From NCBI RefSeq assembly GCF_006345805.1, contig NC_043000.1:112468001-112532000 (forward strand): a DNA stretch of 64,000 nt, given 5' to 3'. Made by a program: the position numbers and the translations under genes. Positions 48,875 through 62,750 of the stretch are shown here, piece after piece. The notes beneath the pieces were generated by a model, which saw only the letters and a list, made by a program, of their open reading frames with translations, was not told where the DNA came from and made no database searches. Numbering within the stretch: position 1 is the stretch's first letter; each line of letters starts with the position of its first letter. Source of the stretch: Octopus sinensis. Its lineage: Eukaryota.

Positions 48875-49255
48875 TGGAGGCGCAATGGCCCAGTGGTTAG
48901 GACAGCAGACTCGCGGTCGTAGAATCACAGTTTCGATTCCCAGACTGGGCATGGGCATTGTGTTTATTGAACGAAAACAATTAAAGCTCCATAAGGCTCC
49001 GGCAGGGGGTAGTGGTGAACCCTGCTGTACTCTTTTACCACAACTTTCATTCTTTCTTCCTGTTTCTGATGTACCTGTATTTCAAAGGGCCAGCCTTGTT
49101 ACACTCTGTGTCATGCTGAATCTCCCCGAGAACTACGTTAAGGGTACACGTGTCTGTGGCACACTCTGCCATTTGCACATTAAATTCACAAGCAGGCTGT
49201 TTTGTTGATTGGATTAACTAGAACCCTCATCGTCATAACTGACAGAGTGCCACGA
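48875..49255 (+). mobile_element. tRNA-derived SINE, family D
   Basis: Head tggaggcgcaatggcccagtggttagg...gtttcgattcc, related to the head of the 35830 element but with a different 3' body. Confidence 0.85.
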
Positions 49256-49883
49256 CATATTGAGTACTTCATATTGTTTTAGGAAAAGAACACTGCCCAG
49301 GGTCACATATGCACACACAAACTCTGAGGCTATGTCAGTGTAGCTATGAAGTAAAGTCATTATCATACACAGAAGGTCTATTTATTGAGAGTGGGGCAAG
49401 TGATTTAGTTCAAAGTAGCAGCAGATTGATTCTGGGGCATGTTTTGACACTCTGTTGTAACTGATCTTTGATTTACACCACTAATGATTCTCGGGGGGAA
49501 AAAACCTTGACTATCATGACTTCCATATCTCCACTCAATGCCTGTTGGGAGCTAATGGCCCATTGTGGGATTCCTCTGAATAAGAAAACTCAATTAGTCC
49601 ACTTTGTCATGCTAGTGCGTCATCACATATATGATTTGTTTTTGTATGCATATATTATTATTATTATATATAAATATAATATCTGTTTCTGTCCCTTTTG
49701 TCTTTGTGTGGGCGTGTCTATATGTAAATATGTGCTCAGAAGATGTAATTTAACTCTAGTGCCTGTGTGTGTGTGTGTGTGTGCATATATATATATATAT
49801 ATATACACACAAACACACACACACACACACCAGTATTGAACAGTGAGAATGTGTGCTCAACACTGCATTGGAGAATAACTAGT

Positions 49884-50025
49884 CTTTATTTGTTGGTTAA
49901 TAAGGAGCTACTATTGGTTTCATGCTGAGAATTCTCTCCAATTATCAAATCTGTCACATTGCAATGTTGGTTCTGAGAATTCTCCGTATGAAACCAATAG
50001 TAGCCTTGTTAACCATCAAATAAAG
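49884..50025. repeat. Short foldback or MITE-like inverted repeat (about 52-bp imperfect arms)
   Basis: 49884-49936 versus 49975-50025; central palindrome acattgcaatgt at 49956-49967. Confidence 0.8.
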
Positions 50026-50041
50026 TGTGTGTGTGTGTGTG

Positions 50042-50085
<44 letters not shown>

Positions 50086-51439
50086 CTGTACAGACAGTTT
50101 CTCAGAAAACTTCCTGTAGTCATTTCCTACATGAATAATTAAGTAAGTATAGCTTTTTGTTTGATGAAAAGAAGTATTTCTTTATTATTGTTACATATTT
50201 ACTATAGCAGGATTTGAACTTGTTACTTCATTGTTCACAAGTGGACCTCTCCTCGTCACTGTATCTTTTCCAGATATATATATATTGAGGTTTGTGAATA
50301 ATACAAAGATGTGTTATTATTTATATGCCCAGCCTCCATGAACTCTATTAAGGCTCTGTTGAGTTCACATAAGATTCATCACGTCTCCTTTGTTTTGTTT
50401 TCCATGTTAAAAAGCTTCAGTCTTCCTAAGTATCTCTTTCTCTCTCCTTCTCTTTTGCTTTTTCTCTTCTTTCTCCCTCTCCTCTCTTCCTTCTACTCTT
50501 CTCTTTTTCTCTCTCACATAACTTTGCATATATATCAGTATGTACCTGTGGAAAATCCATGAATGATAAATATTAAGTTTTACAATTAATATCATGTGGC
50601 ATACTACATTGAAAAGATGAACTGAATTAAATACATGTTATTCTTTCATTGATTAATTAATTGATAATAATAATGATATCATTAGGAACTGTGAGTAATG
50701 ATATAGAGAAATGGTTGAAGGAGATTGGAATGGAATGACCTGTAGAGCTTCTACAGAAAGTTTGCTAAAGAAGAAGAAGAAAGAAGACATGCGCCCAACA
50801 CCAGAGCTGAAGACGCCTACAAAGTGGGGGGGCACATCAAAACGGTAGAGGAGTAGGGGCCGAAACCGGACGTGGTTCCTCCTGATGATGTCTTGAGCTA
50901 ACTGGATCTTATAAAGGAGCTGTTGTGGTAGCAGACCATGAACACGGTTGAAATTCCTTCCTAGAGCTTCTACAGAAAGTTTGCCTCTTAGAAACAGGAA
51001 ACATTATCAGAATGTCTTTGAGCACTTGAAAGACTATTGAAAATTTGTGGATATCTAAGGTTATAGGTAGTAACCCACACCCACATAAATTCTACCAGGA
51101 ATAAGAACAAACTCGAGTCAAATCGAATAATAATAAATATTGACACAATTATTTTTACATGGGTAGTTAAATATCTGTGCATTTTGACTCTTCATTCAGC
51201 TGCCTAAATAAGTTGTTAGTGTTTCCCTGTCTTACAGACATAATGAAAGTATTGAATGCAGTGATGAGAAACAAGCAGTGTTTTAATGAAATTCAGACAT
51301 TGTGGAGTTATCGTCAAAGTTATAAGGTGGAACTGGAGACATATTGCCCATGCAGCTGGGGAGGCATCAGAGTTATTTAAAATGAGAGATGATGAAAATG
51401 TTTTACTTTAGGTTTCTAAGTAGAAAGCAAAATATGAGT

Positions 51440-51590
51440 AGTTCTATATTTGTCCTCATCTTGTTTGTTGTTAACACAATGTTTCGGCTAATATACCCTC
51501 CAGCCTTCATTGGGTGTCTGGGGGAAATTTCAAACCTGGGTTCTCATTCCTAAGGTATTTTTCGATTTTGTTATTATTATTATTCAGGTT
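51440..51590 (-). mobile_element. Penelope-like terminal repeat with a degenerate hammerhead (CCAATGA)
   Basis: Same family as 31330-31520. Confidence 0.7.
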
Positions 51591-53025
51591 ACTGCCTGCT
51601 ATTGAACTCAGAATCTTGGGGTTAGTAGCCCATGCTCTTAACCACTATGTCATATGCCTGTAGGTAATTATGGGGTAAATTTTAGGGCTTATAAATCTAA
51701 TATTTTCCTATCCTTCAATTCCAGGCAGTGATCTGAATAATAATAATAATAATGATAATAATAACATTGAAACATAAGAGTAGTTTTTAATTTTAGCCCA
51801 GAAGTATCATCATCATCATCTCAATCATAGTCCTGTTAGTATGGGATTGTATGTGCTTAAATCATCATCTTATGCCTGCTTTCCATACTAGCAACAGCCA
51901 TCACTTGTTTCAATAATGAGTCCCCTAACATGTGACACTCCACATTTTGAGTGTTGGTTTCATCGTTATTTCTCAAGTTTCCCCTTCCATGACTCCAATT
52001 CCTTATATGCACACCCTGCTTTATTTTCTCATTTACAACACTTGTTCATCTCGGTACAGTTGTTTCTCCTTTATATATACACCATTTAATGATATCTTCA
52101 TTATTAGCTTCATTCTGTATTTTGGTAATTAACATCATACATTCAACAGATCACTCATCTCATTTCCCTCCAGCCTCTTTGCATCTTCCATAATTCAATA
52201 CCACCTTCCCTATTTTCCTCTATTCAGTATAAAAATCCTATCAACTCTTTAGATATCTAACAAACTCACTTCCGATACCATTCTGGGATTCTTTATAAAT
52301 AAAGTTCTGCAACCATCAATCAATTTTCATTAAACTCATATTGATTTTCAAAAATATACTTAAACACTAATATATTGATTTTGGTTATTATCCTCATTGC
52401 TATAAAATCATCGTTATTTCATCTGCCCTTCCATGCTGGCAAGGATTTTCTGAAGGGATTTATAACTGGGTGCCCCACTTGTTCTTAACCCTTTTTTGCT
52501 ACCTTTTACAACATATGCGGATTCTTCTACATTCCTGATCTAAAACCAGGACAGACTTTTCCTCTTGGCCATGTCTAAGTTTTTTTTGTTTTTTTTTTGA
52601 TAACACAAAATGTCAGTTGCCATTCACATCCACTCCTCAGTCAAGCAAGACAGAATTGACTGAGGAGAACCTATCTCATTAGTAATTAATTGCTAATTAA
52701 TGTTTATACAGTCTCACATGTTTTATAATTTTTTTTCTCTTCTTCCATTCCATTACATATTCCTGAACCACTCAATAACTTCTCTGGTTTTTCTGCCATT
52801 TATTTTGCTTTCCCATCCTCTTCCTCCTCATTCCGTCATCAGCTTCATCTCTGCTGAATTGTTTTAACATTTCTTCAGCAGCCACATAGCATTGCTTTAC
52901 TGCACCAAACTCCATATTTCTCTTCGATAGTCATGTGTGTATACATGCATTAATATTTATGAATATATATCTATATTCGAAATCGATCAATGGAAATCGA
53001 TCAATGGAAATTGCAGATGTGTTAC

Positions 53026-53369
53026 CAGTGCCGGTGGCATGTAAGAGAACTTTCCGTTTCGCGACCGTTGCCAGCACCGCCCCATTTCGTGTCCGTTGCC
53101 AGCCTCGCCTGGCCCTCGTGCCGGTGGCACATAAAAAGCACCATCCGTTCGTGGCCGTTTGCCAGCTCTGTCTGGCACCAGTGCGGGTGGCACGTAAAAA
53201 GCACCCACTACACTCACGGAGTGGTTGGCGTTAGGAAGGGCATCCAGCCGTAGACACACTGCCAGATTTGACTGGGCCTGATGAAGCCTTCTGGCTTCAC
53301 AGACCCCAGTAGAACCATCCAACCCATGCTAGCATGGAAAACGGACGCTAAATGATGATGATGATGATG
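53026..53369 (+). mobile_element. VNTR-SINE, divergent subfamily
   Basis: gtgccggtggcac..taaaaagcacc units, core and (gat)n tail. Confidence 0.8.
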
Positions 53370-53480
53370 TACATGTAGCATGTACATAAACATGCATGTA
53401 TACTTATGTGTACATACATTTATATATGTGTGTGTATGTGTACATATGCAGGCATGTATACATGTTGACAGTTGTATATT

Positions 53481-53518
<38 letters not shown>

Positions 53519-53889
53519 TGGTTTTTGTTTTAAAAACTTAGCTATGTCAGCTCTTGTTGCATTTTTAATAATAAATTATATGACATTAACTAGCATGGTT
53601 TATTATGGTTAAGGTTTGTAGTAAAACTTCACCCTTGTTTTACTGATTCAAAATGAAATAGTCTTATTACAGGAACCCCTGATGGTTGTGTTAATGGTGT
53701 TACACAACCGACCAAAAAGTGAATGGTTCGTCATTGCTCATTGTTATTTAATTGTATGTGGCCGACTCCAGTTCACTGAACCATAATTAAACACCATGAA
53801 CAGGAGTAACTCACTGTAAACAATAGAAACACTGTGATATTAAGCAAGTGTATTAGCCTCTAGTTAACCCTTTACCTGTCTAAAGCATT

Positions 53890-54330
53890 TAAAAAGAACA
53901 TAATAATGAGCTTATTGTGTACAGTGCTCAGGTGCACTACAACTCATCAGGTGCATTACACCCCATCAGAACAAAGAAGTCCAAAGTGTATGAACAGTAC
54001 ACAGATTAATGTAAAGGAAGTGAACAGTGAATGAGTCATTTAAAAAAAAAATGGTGGTGCGATTGGGGTGTCCGATGTACTGTTGGCAAATTTTAGGGAG
54101 CATGGAAGTTTTGAAGGATGTAGTGTCCTGACAGCTCACAACTGATGTGGGTAGTTTATTCCATGCTTCAGCAATTCAGAGTTTGAGAAAAATGTTTCTG
54201 AAAGTCATTGGTGCTGTGTTGTTTTTCCATTTTGTAAGCATGTCCATGAGTGTTAAACGTATGGAGTTCAAAAAGGTACCCTGTCCTAAGCAGCCATGCT
54301 GGTTTTCAAACTTTTTAGTTATTGGAAGTT
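53890..54330 (-). mobile_element. CR1-clade LINE 3' remnant
   Basis: Minus-strand peptide IAEAWNKLPTSVVSCQDTTSFKTSMLPKI matches the CR1 WNxLPxxVV...SFK motif. Confidence 0.75.
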
Positions 54331-56178
54331 AATTTGGTTTAGTTGGTGAGTAATGTATTTTGATACTGTATTAGTTGGTAGGTTATCTATATATTTATAT
54401 GTATTGTGACCTTAGATTATCAGCCAAGTGTCCTGTGCATCATATATAAACGCCAGCCCTTGTTTCATACCTTCTGAATAATATAAAGCTTTGCTTTCAC
54501 TAGTCCCAAGTTATTCTGGTCATTGGAATCAGAATTAGGAATGTGTATCATATATGATGCTTGAATGCCAGGGAGATATGCCCTGTGTATCCCATGTTAT
54601 ACACAGGATAGGGAAAGGGTTGATGTGACTCTTGGTTGTTGAGTAAAACTTAGAGAAGATAAATGGTAGACACTCCAAGATGTCTTTGGCCTCAGATCTG
54701 AGTGTTCTGTTCTCTTTGTTCTCTTGCTAACCATTGGATCCTGTCCTTGGTTGTGGGCTGCTTGCTGTGGCTGAAGTGTTAGGGTCCATCCCTTATGAAA
54801 TACATAACTCCTTGACATTATTACTTCCTTGCTCATGTAATTAAAACTGTTCTAAATAATTTAGCTAATTCAACTCTTTAAACGTTCAACAAACTAGATC
54901 ACTCTATCATTAATGCTCTTTGAAAATAGAAAAATGAAAAAATCTTTTGTTTTCAGGATGATACCATTGAAAAGGCCTCTACTGACACCTTAGTTCTCTA
55001 ATCTTACTAGACGGAGTAATGACTGTCTTCTGATTTTATTTGTATTTTTATTTTCCTTTTTGAAGCTAAATCTGGGCCACTGCTCTCTACAAGCTGGCCT
55101 GCAGGACCATCCCAATTGGAGGTTATCAAAATGGGTTTACAACATGGCATTTGCTGCTGCAAAGGTATATTGGATATTAGCCAGTGGTGTTCAGACTGAA
55201 ACTTTGGTAGCATAGCATCAAAAGTTTTGTAGATGAACTTAGCAAATCTAAGCCAGTCGAATAGAAATTAAACAGACGTATGAGTACCCCTTTTTAGTTT
55301 TAAATTAATTCAGTCAATTGTTTCTTCCCTCATCTTATTTTATTGGAGTTTGGAAAATGAGAAAAAAAAGTTAGTGTGATGTGGGAAGTGATGAGTTGTG
55401 ATGTTTCTGGTGCAGTCCTTCATCTAAGAAATGCCTGCTTCCTTATTGATTCCAAGATTTGACCAGAAGCAACAGGACTCATCTCTTATCACGGCATTAA
55501 ACTTACCTTATTTTACAAATTTTATTAAATGTTACTTTTTTTGTTTTTTCTTTTACCAACACTAACCGTCATTAATTTCCTCCAAATCTAATTTACTTTA
55601 CCCCTTATTGAACTAGCTATAAAAATTTATTATTATTTTGTTTTATTGTTGTTATGTTATTAATTTGTTTTTTCCAACTGTTTCTTGCTATATTCGTCAG
55701 CAGGGGTTGTTGTCTTGGGGTTTGGTGAGAACAAATTTCAAGAACGTTCCTTAGGATTCTTACAGAGTACAGGATTGCACATTTTGCAGGGTGACTGTGT
55801 CGGCCTCAGCCCCAGTCTCTTTCAGTCTTTGAGGTTGCAGTTTGGATGTTGTGCCAAGTGCACCACTTTGCCACCAGAATAATTGCTGTTTTAGTCTTTC
55901 ACAATCTCTTCATCTCTCTGGCTAAATCCTGATATTTCTCACTTCTTTTTTTCTTGAGTGTCCATTGTTGCTGTTATTTTAAAGGTGATGGATTGGCACT
56001 AATGTTGGCACTTTGAGCCAAATGCCAGCCAGTTTTTCTTTTGGCTCTTGGCATTCTGGTTTTAAATCTCACCATAGTCCACTTTGTCTTTCATCCTTTT
56101 GAGATCGATGAAATAAAGTAGTAGTCAACTTGCCCACTCCGCTCAAAATTGCTGGCATTGTGCCAGAATTAAAAAGAA

Positions 56179-57340
56179 TTATTGCCTCCACCTTAACGAG
56201 GGCGGAGACATTGTTTTTCAGTCGTGCTTATTTGTTTGTCTGTGGACAAGATATCTCAAGAACATCTGGATAGATTCGATGAAACTTTCGGGGATGTTTG
56301 GCCTTGTGACTGACACAAACTGATTAAATTTTGGGGTTGATCTGGTGCCGGACAAGGATTCTGGATTATTTTTCCTGTTTTTTTACTTAATTTTTGAGAG
56401 TGGTCAGGTTAATTTTTAGTATTCTCATTTGTGAAAGCAGTTGAGTTTATTTCAGATATTCTTATTTTAAAAATCATCTCTGGCTAATCGTTGAGAGGAT
56501 GTTGATGTTGCCTTGGTGAAGGTTTGCGCTCTCTGAGTGCTCTTATTATTATTGTTGTTGTTGTTAAGAAGGTGAGCTGGTAGAATCGTTAGCACATTAG
56601 GCAAAATGCTTAGTGGCATTTTGTCTGCTGCTATGTTCTGAGTTCAGATTCCGCTGAGGTCAACTTTACCTTTCGTCCTTTCGGGGTCGATAACTTAAGT
56701 ACCAGTTATGCACTGGGGTTGATGTAATTGACTTATTTCTTCCCTAGAATTGCTGCCCTTGTGCCAAAATTTTAAACCATTATTATTGTTATTATTATTA
56801 TTGTTGTTGTTGTTAAGGTGATGAGCTGGTAGACTCGTTAGTGTACTGGACAACAGGCTGCTGAGCATTTTGTCTGTCTTTACATTTCTGAGTTCAAATA
56901 TTGTTGAGGTCTGCTTTGTTTTTGTGGACCTATGCTGAGGTCTGCTTTGTCTTCCATCCCTTTGGGTCAATAAATTGTGTGCTGCTCAAGCACTTAGCAA
57001 AGGCAGAGGTATTGTTTTCAGTTGTTTGTTTGTCCATGGACAAAATATCTCAAGAACCGCTGGATGGGTTCAGATGAAACTTTCAGGTTTGTTTGGCCTT
57101 GTGATTGGCATGAACTGATTAGATTTGGGGATTGATCCGGTACTGGACAAGGATTCTTGATTATTTTTCCTGTTTTTTACTTAATTTTAGAGAGCCATCT
57201 GGTTTATTTTTAATATTCTCGTTTGTGAGAGCAGTCGAGTTTATTTCAGATATTCTTATTTTAAAAATCATCTTTGGCTGATCATTGAGAGGACGTTGGT
57301 GTTGCCTTGGCAGAGGTTTGTGCTCTCTGAGTGCTCTTGT
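56179..57340 (+). mobile_element. Two related Helentron/HINE-like elements (56179-56547 and 56990-57340) with SINE C copies between them
   Basis: Two similar segments of about 350 bp, both ending gccttgg...aggtttg[ct]gctctctgagtgctctt. Family assignment is from recalled subterminal-repeat patterns. Confidence 0.55.
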
Positions 57341-57854
57341 TTGTTTTGAAATAGTTGCACTGACCTAAGTCTTTGAACGTTGAGTAGTGTATCAGTTGGT
57401 AGTGGTTCATTGGCAGACACTTCTGGGAAGATTCTCTGGTGGTTAGTTGAGGGAACTGAATGTAAGGGGTAGTCGCCATCCCATCTTGTTAACTTAATTA
57501 TATTAGGTCAGTTTCACTTTGAGAAAAACTGGGATGCTGTGCTGTTAGGATTTCAATTTTCAGTTGATAAATTTACCCTCTCCCCTCGTCTCCATCCCCA
57601 CTCCCTTTGAGCTTGGTTTTCCATCTTCAGGATTGTTAATAAAAATATAAAATGTTGCCCTTCTTGTTTGTGCTCTTGTTTGTTTTCTATTTATTTTCTA
57701 TGTTGCTGTTCCATTTGTTTTATGCTCTGTCAACAGTTGCCACGGAAACATAGGTTTTTTATCACAATTTATGAAAAATAATCCTAATTGGCTACAGGTT
57801 GCTAATGAGATAATCACCTGTTGTGAGGTGAGAGAAGGAAGTATCTGTAATACT

Positions 57855-58028
57855 CTCTCTCTCCCTCCCCTCTTTCTTTCCCACTATCTCTACTCCATCT
57901 CTTTGTCTCCCCCATTTCCCTCTCTCCTTCATCTCCCTCCCATCTCCCTCTGTCTCTCTTCCATCTCCTCCCCATCTCCCCTCCTTTCACCTCTTCCCTT
58001 CTCTTTCTCCCCCTCCCCCTTCTCTCTC
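57855..58028. repeat. Polypyrimidine (CT-rich) low-complexity tract
   Basis: Directly visible. Confidence 0.9.
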
Positions 58029-59269
58029 TAGAATAAACAAAATTTCAGAAAATGACTCAGTTTTTGTGAAGTTTATTAAAACTATAAACCTTAATTCAAT
58101 CTTGTCTTGGGAGGGTCATTATGCCAATAATAAACACAGGCACTGGTTCAGTATCACTTCTTTATTATCAGTTGTCAGTTGGTTAAACAATCAATCGGTT
58201 GTTTGTTAGTCAAAGTTCATTCATTGCCATTCACAACCTCTTCATTGACTTTCCCTCTCCCTTCAACGTCTGCCCTTTATTCAATAAATTATTGATTGGT
58301 TGTTGTCGAATGATCAGTATATAAACTTTTGTTATTTCACATTGATGAGGTGAAATCTATTTAAAATCATTGATTTCATATTTGTTTTAACTTTAGTTCT
58401 TCCCAAAATAATTCTTAAAAACAGTTTTTCTGTTTCAGTTCTCTAGCATAGCCCATTATGCTGCTTCTATCTGACTTCTTGCAGTGGTTATTGTCTGAAA
58501 AACAATGAAACTTGAGGAATTTCAGTGTTACATGCTCCTAGTATCTTGTCAGTATTGTGGTCTCCTATAAATTACAACTTACAAGCTTTATTTTTTTATA
58601 AATATAGCATTATTCATTATCATATTTTAGTTGAAATATCCTGCTTTTTTGTTCTGAATGAATTTGGAAATAATGTGAGAATTTAGTAAAATAGTCATTA
58701 TTCAGCTGGTATTTGGAGCAAAAATTAACATGAATATTTGATGGAAATTATAGATCTCTTCCAAACAGGAAATCTCTATCAGAGAATTGTGGATGGTCTC
58801 AGGTGGATTGGAATTAATTTTTGTCTTGAGTTTCCAGTCTCAATTCTCTTTTAAATATCTTCAAAAATTCTTTCTTGCCATTAGTGAAACATTTTAAATC
58901 TTGATGACACAAGACTTGGTAATTATGTCTAACGAGTATTTGCACATCTCCTTCATCTGTGAGTAATTGCCGAGGTAAAGCCTAAGGTAAAATTGTTGTG
59001 TTAAACATCTGGTTGTTATGCTTTGGATATTCTTCTGTATTTGATTCTAAAAGAACCACAGATTTTTTCAAGATGATCAAATATTGCCTCTTTTGATGCT
59101 TAATGATTTAATTACCATTCTTAATATTAGATTAGTTAATCAGTCAGTTGATTCTCTTCTGCTTACTGTCTGTTATCACAGAAGTGGCTAATGAGCTTGA
59201 CTAACTTTTATTTTGTTACCATACTTTTAACTGTAGTTGATATAATTTTGACTTAGCTCTGTTGATTAT

Positions 59270-59368
59270 TTTATATATGTATGTACACACACACGCGCAC
59301 AATGTGTGCATATACATATATATATATGGACACATTGTGTGTGTGTGTTTATATATATATATATGGAC

Positions 59369-59405
<37 letters not shown>

Positions 59406-59616
59406 GGACACATTGTGTGTGTGTATATATATATGAACACATTGTGTGTGCACATATGTATATGGACACAAGTGTGTGTGTATATTTATATGTATATTAT
59501 ATATATGTGTATATATTTATAAATATGTGTATATATATATATGTGTATATATATATATGTGTATATTATATATATATATGTGTATATATATATTATATAT
59601 ATGTGTATATATATAA

Positions 59617-59663
<47 letters not shown>

Positions 59664-59935
59664 GTATATATTTATATATATTTATGTATATATTTATATA
59701 TATTTATGTATATATTTATGTATATATATATTTATGTATGTATATGTATATATTTATGTATATATATTTGTACATATTTGTGTATATATGTATATGTATA
59801 TCTATATCTCTCTATATATATATATACACACACATACAGATATATACATATGTGTGTGTGTATCTATATGTGTTTATATGTGTATGTATGTATGTATGTA
59901 TGTATGTACACACACATACACACACAAAATGTATC
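59270..59935. repeat. Compound TA/TG micro- and minisatellite
   Basis: Directly visible; source of the 234-aa Y/I ORF. Confidence 0.95.
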
Positions 59936-60240
59936 AAATATATTAATCCTGATAATCCCACTCCATTGTTAACCCTTCTAGTCTATATTACACCTGTGTT
60001 ATGTTATTAACCAAACCTAGCCTGATAATCTGGACACCTCTGGTTAACAAACTCCTTCCATTGAATATTTACAATATATTTTGCACAGCCTCATTTTTCA
60101 TTTGGTTTTGTCTCTTTTTATTTCTAAATAAAAAAAATTAATTAAAAAAAAAAGTTAGCTTTCCATTTCTGAGCAATGCAAAAACTTGTTAGTTTATCAA
60201 CGGCTTTACATATATATATATATGTGTGTATATACATACA

Positions 60241-60278
<38 letters not shown>

Positions 60279-60747
60279 GCATATTGTCTGCACAGAAAAT
60301 GGTTTTAGTTTTGGATACTAGTTGTGTTGGAACTTTGGTAAAGTAGCTCTTCTATATACATATATATACATATATATATATCTATATATTTATTTTTAAC
60401 CCCTAAATTCTGGTTCGTAATTTAACTTTTGTTTTGCTTGAGCTGGTAAGTCTGTCCCCCGACCCTTAGCCACTGATATCAGCCTTGCTTTCTATGTGTT
60501 CATTGCTCACACTACGCTTCTATTCTGCTGCCTTTCTCTATTAGACCGACCCTTTAAGCTTTTTTTTTTTGTTACCTATTCTGCCTTTGCTAATTAATTT
60601 ACCTGTTTAATTTTCTACACTTTTGTTACTTCCCTTATCTGCCCTCTTGTATAATGTGGATAAATTTGTTCCCTAATAATAATAATAATAATCTTCATGG
60701 TGTTGTCTACTTGTTTCTTTCTTTTCTCCATTTCATCTGTTGCTTAG

Positions 60748-60780
60748 GGATAAGCCTATCCAGCCCAGCACCAGCCAGAG
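60748..60780 (+). CDS. Predicted 33-nt frame-preserving microexon (W-ISLSSPAPAR)
   Basis: Long pyrimidine tract and ctgttgcttag acceptor, gag|gtacag donor, phase 1 to 1, no stop, GC-rich island in AT-rich intron. Supported by splice signals only. Confidence 0.55.
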
Positions 60781-60933
60781 GTACAGTTATCTCACTTCTT
60801 GAAACCTGTATATATATATACATATATTAAGTTTTTAGTGTCTTTTTTTTTTCCTATTTATGTTGCTTTGTGTCTGTTAGGGAATTAGAAATGGTGTAAT
60901 GATCACACTCACATAAACATGCATGCATTCATT

Positions 60934-60970
<37 letters not shown>

Positions 60971-62173
60971 ACGATGTATGTTATATCTAGCACTGCCTTA
61001 TGTTTGCATGTGATAAAACCCATCAAGATACATAGTCCGCATTTTTTTAGTCTTTTAATTTTTACCCTCCACTGCTCCTTGTTCGACTGCCCCTGTTCCC
61101 CTTTTACCTACGTTTTGCCCAATATTACGACTCATTTTCCCCCCTCCTTACCCCAATGCTATCTTCTTTTAACCCCTGTTACTACCCCACTCAATGTTTA
61201 TCTACCGTTGTCCTCCCACCTTTATCTACTGCTGCCCTCTTTTGAAAGAAGTCTCTAGTTTACGAAGATGGTTCTCAAGTGAATTGTTTATTTCTCCATC
61301 AATTGTCAGTCTTCTGTAGTTAATAGCTAATATGTCCCACAGTTCACAGTGAAGCTCTAATGGTTCGCTAAGAGTCTATGATTATTTTAGTTGTAGTTTT
61401 CTGTTCTATGTTTACAAATATTTAGTTTTTGTTAGTCTAAAATAAGTGGTTTATTAATTAATTCTGTTTGCAAGACTGGATTAATGAATGCCTTTTGTGT
61501 AAAAGGCATCTCTGTTTAGTGCTCTGGAGTTGTAAGCAGTCTGTTTCATGTCATTTCATCAGGTTCTGTGTTATGTTGCCCTATTGGAGAGAACAACTTC
61601 AAGCTATCACACGATGTAGAGGTTTGAGTGGGGGAATCTTTCAGGGATGGTTTATGGAGTTTGGAGGTGTTTTTTCAGTGAAAATTTAGGGGGTCGAGGT
61701 GTCATTTTGCAGGGGTCATTTAATCATTTTCTTATCATGTCTCCTGACAACACTACTTTTGTTTTGATTAATTTTTAAAATGATGAAGAATTAAATTTTT
61801 AAAATATTTTTTCTTTATTAATCTGGTGCCTGGAAACAAAATTAACACAAAATTTTGGTTGGAGATTTTAATTTAGATTACTTTAAAACTGTCTCAAATG
61901 GGTGGGTATCAAAAGAATTGTCAGTCTGTGAAGAATTAAGGGGTTGGTGTGTCTTTCAGCTATGATTTAAGGGGTTGGTGATCATTTCAGTCATAATTTA
62001 AGCAATTGGTAAAAGTCTTTCAAATTTGATGGTCGCTAGGTTTTGGTGAAAATAGCACAAAAATGTGATAAAATTTTGCCCCCCTCCACACCTGCACATT
62101 TTTGGAACTTAAACTAGATCAACTACCTCCCAATACGCACACAGGCAGTGAATGAATGGTAGTAACTGAGAGG

Positions 62174-62222
<49 letters not shown>

Positions 62223-62750
62223 GTGATGCTGTTACGTAGGTGAAGTTAGGGGAGATAACCACCACACTCTCAAAGTGACACAGGTGAGCAAGACCGACTA
62301 ATTAAGACAACCCTTAAGACTGACTAATTAATACTGTGTAGCACAAGTTTATGGAGGAAAACTGTTTAATTAACAAGTCTTTTTTTTATATTTGGCAGTT
62401 TAAATGTTGTTGCTTCTTTTTATTTATTTATTTATTGTTTTAGTCTTTGACAATATGGACACAGACTTGTCCATATTCCTCAGAGTAATAAATATAAAAA
62501 AATATTTTATTTGATTTAATTTGATTATAATTTTATTTTTATAATTTTAATTTTTATTGCCTGATTGCTGTGTTTTTTTTTCTCGTGTGTGTATATATGT
62601 ATGTGTGTTTATTTAAAAAAAAAAAACTTTGCTTTATTTTGTTTTATTGTGAAGTGAATGTGAACTAAAATCCAGGTTCCCAGATATGTTTAGACTAAGT
62701 GGCTGTTTTGCTGCCAGCATTAGTGTGTCATTCTATCTATCTTCCTACAG

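Noticed and set aside
53673-53720. Acceptors at 53673 and 54957 as additional exons
   Set aside because: Joining to the final T of exon 47958 gives an immediate TGA; weak support otherwise.
62240-62283. 44-nt segment with strong gtgagc donor
   Set aside because: Not frame-preserving with the next exon and has a poor acceptor. An alternative first exon cannot be excluded but is unsupported.
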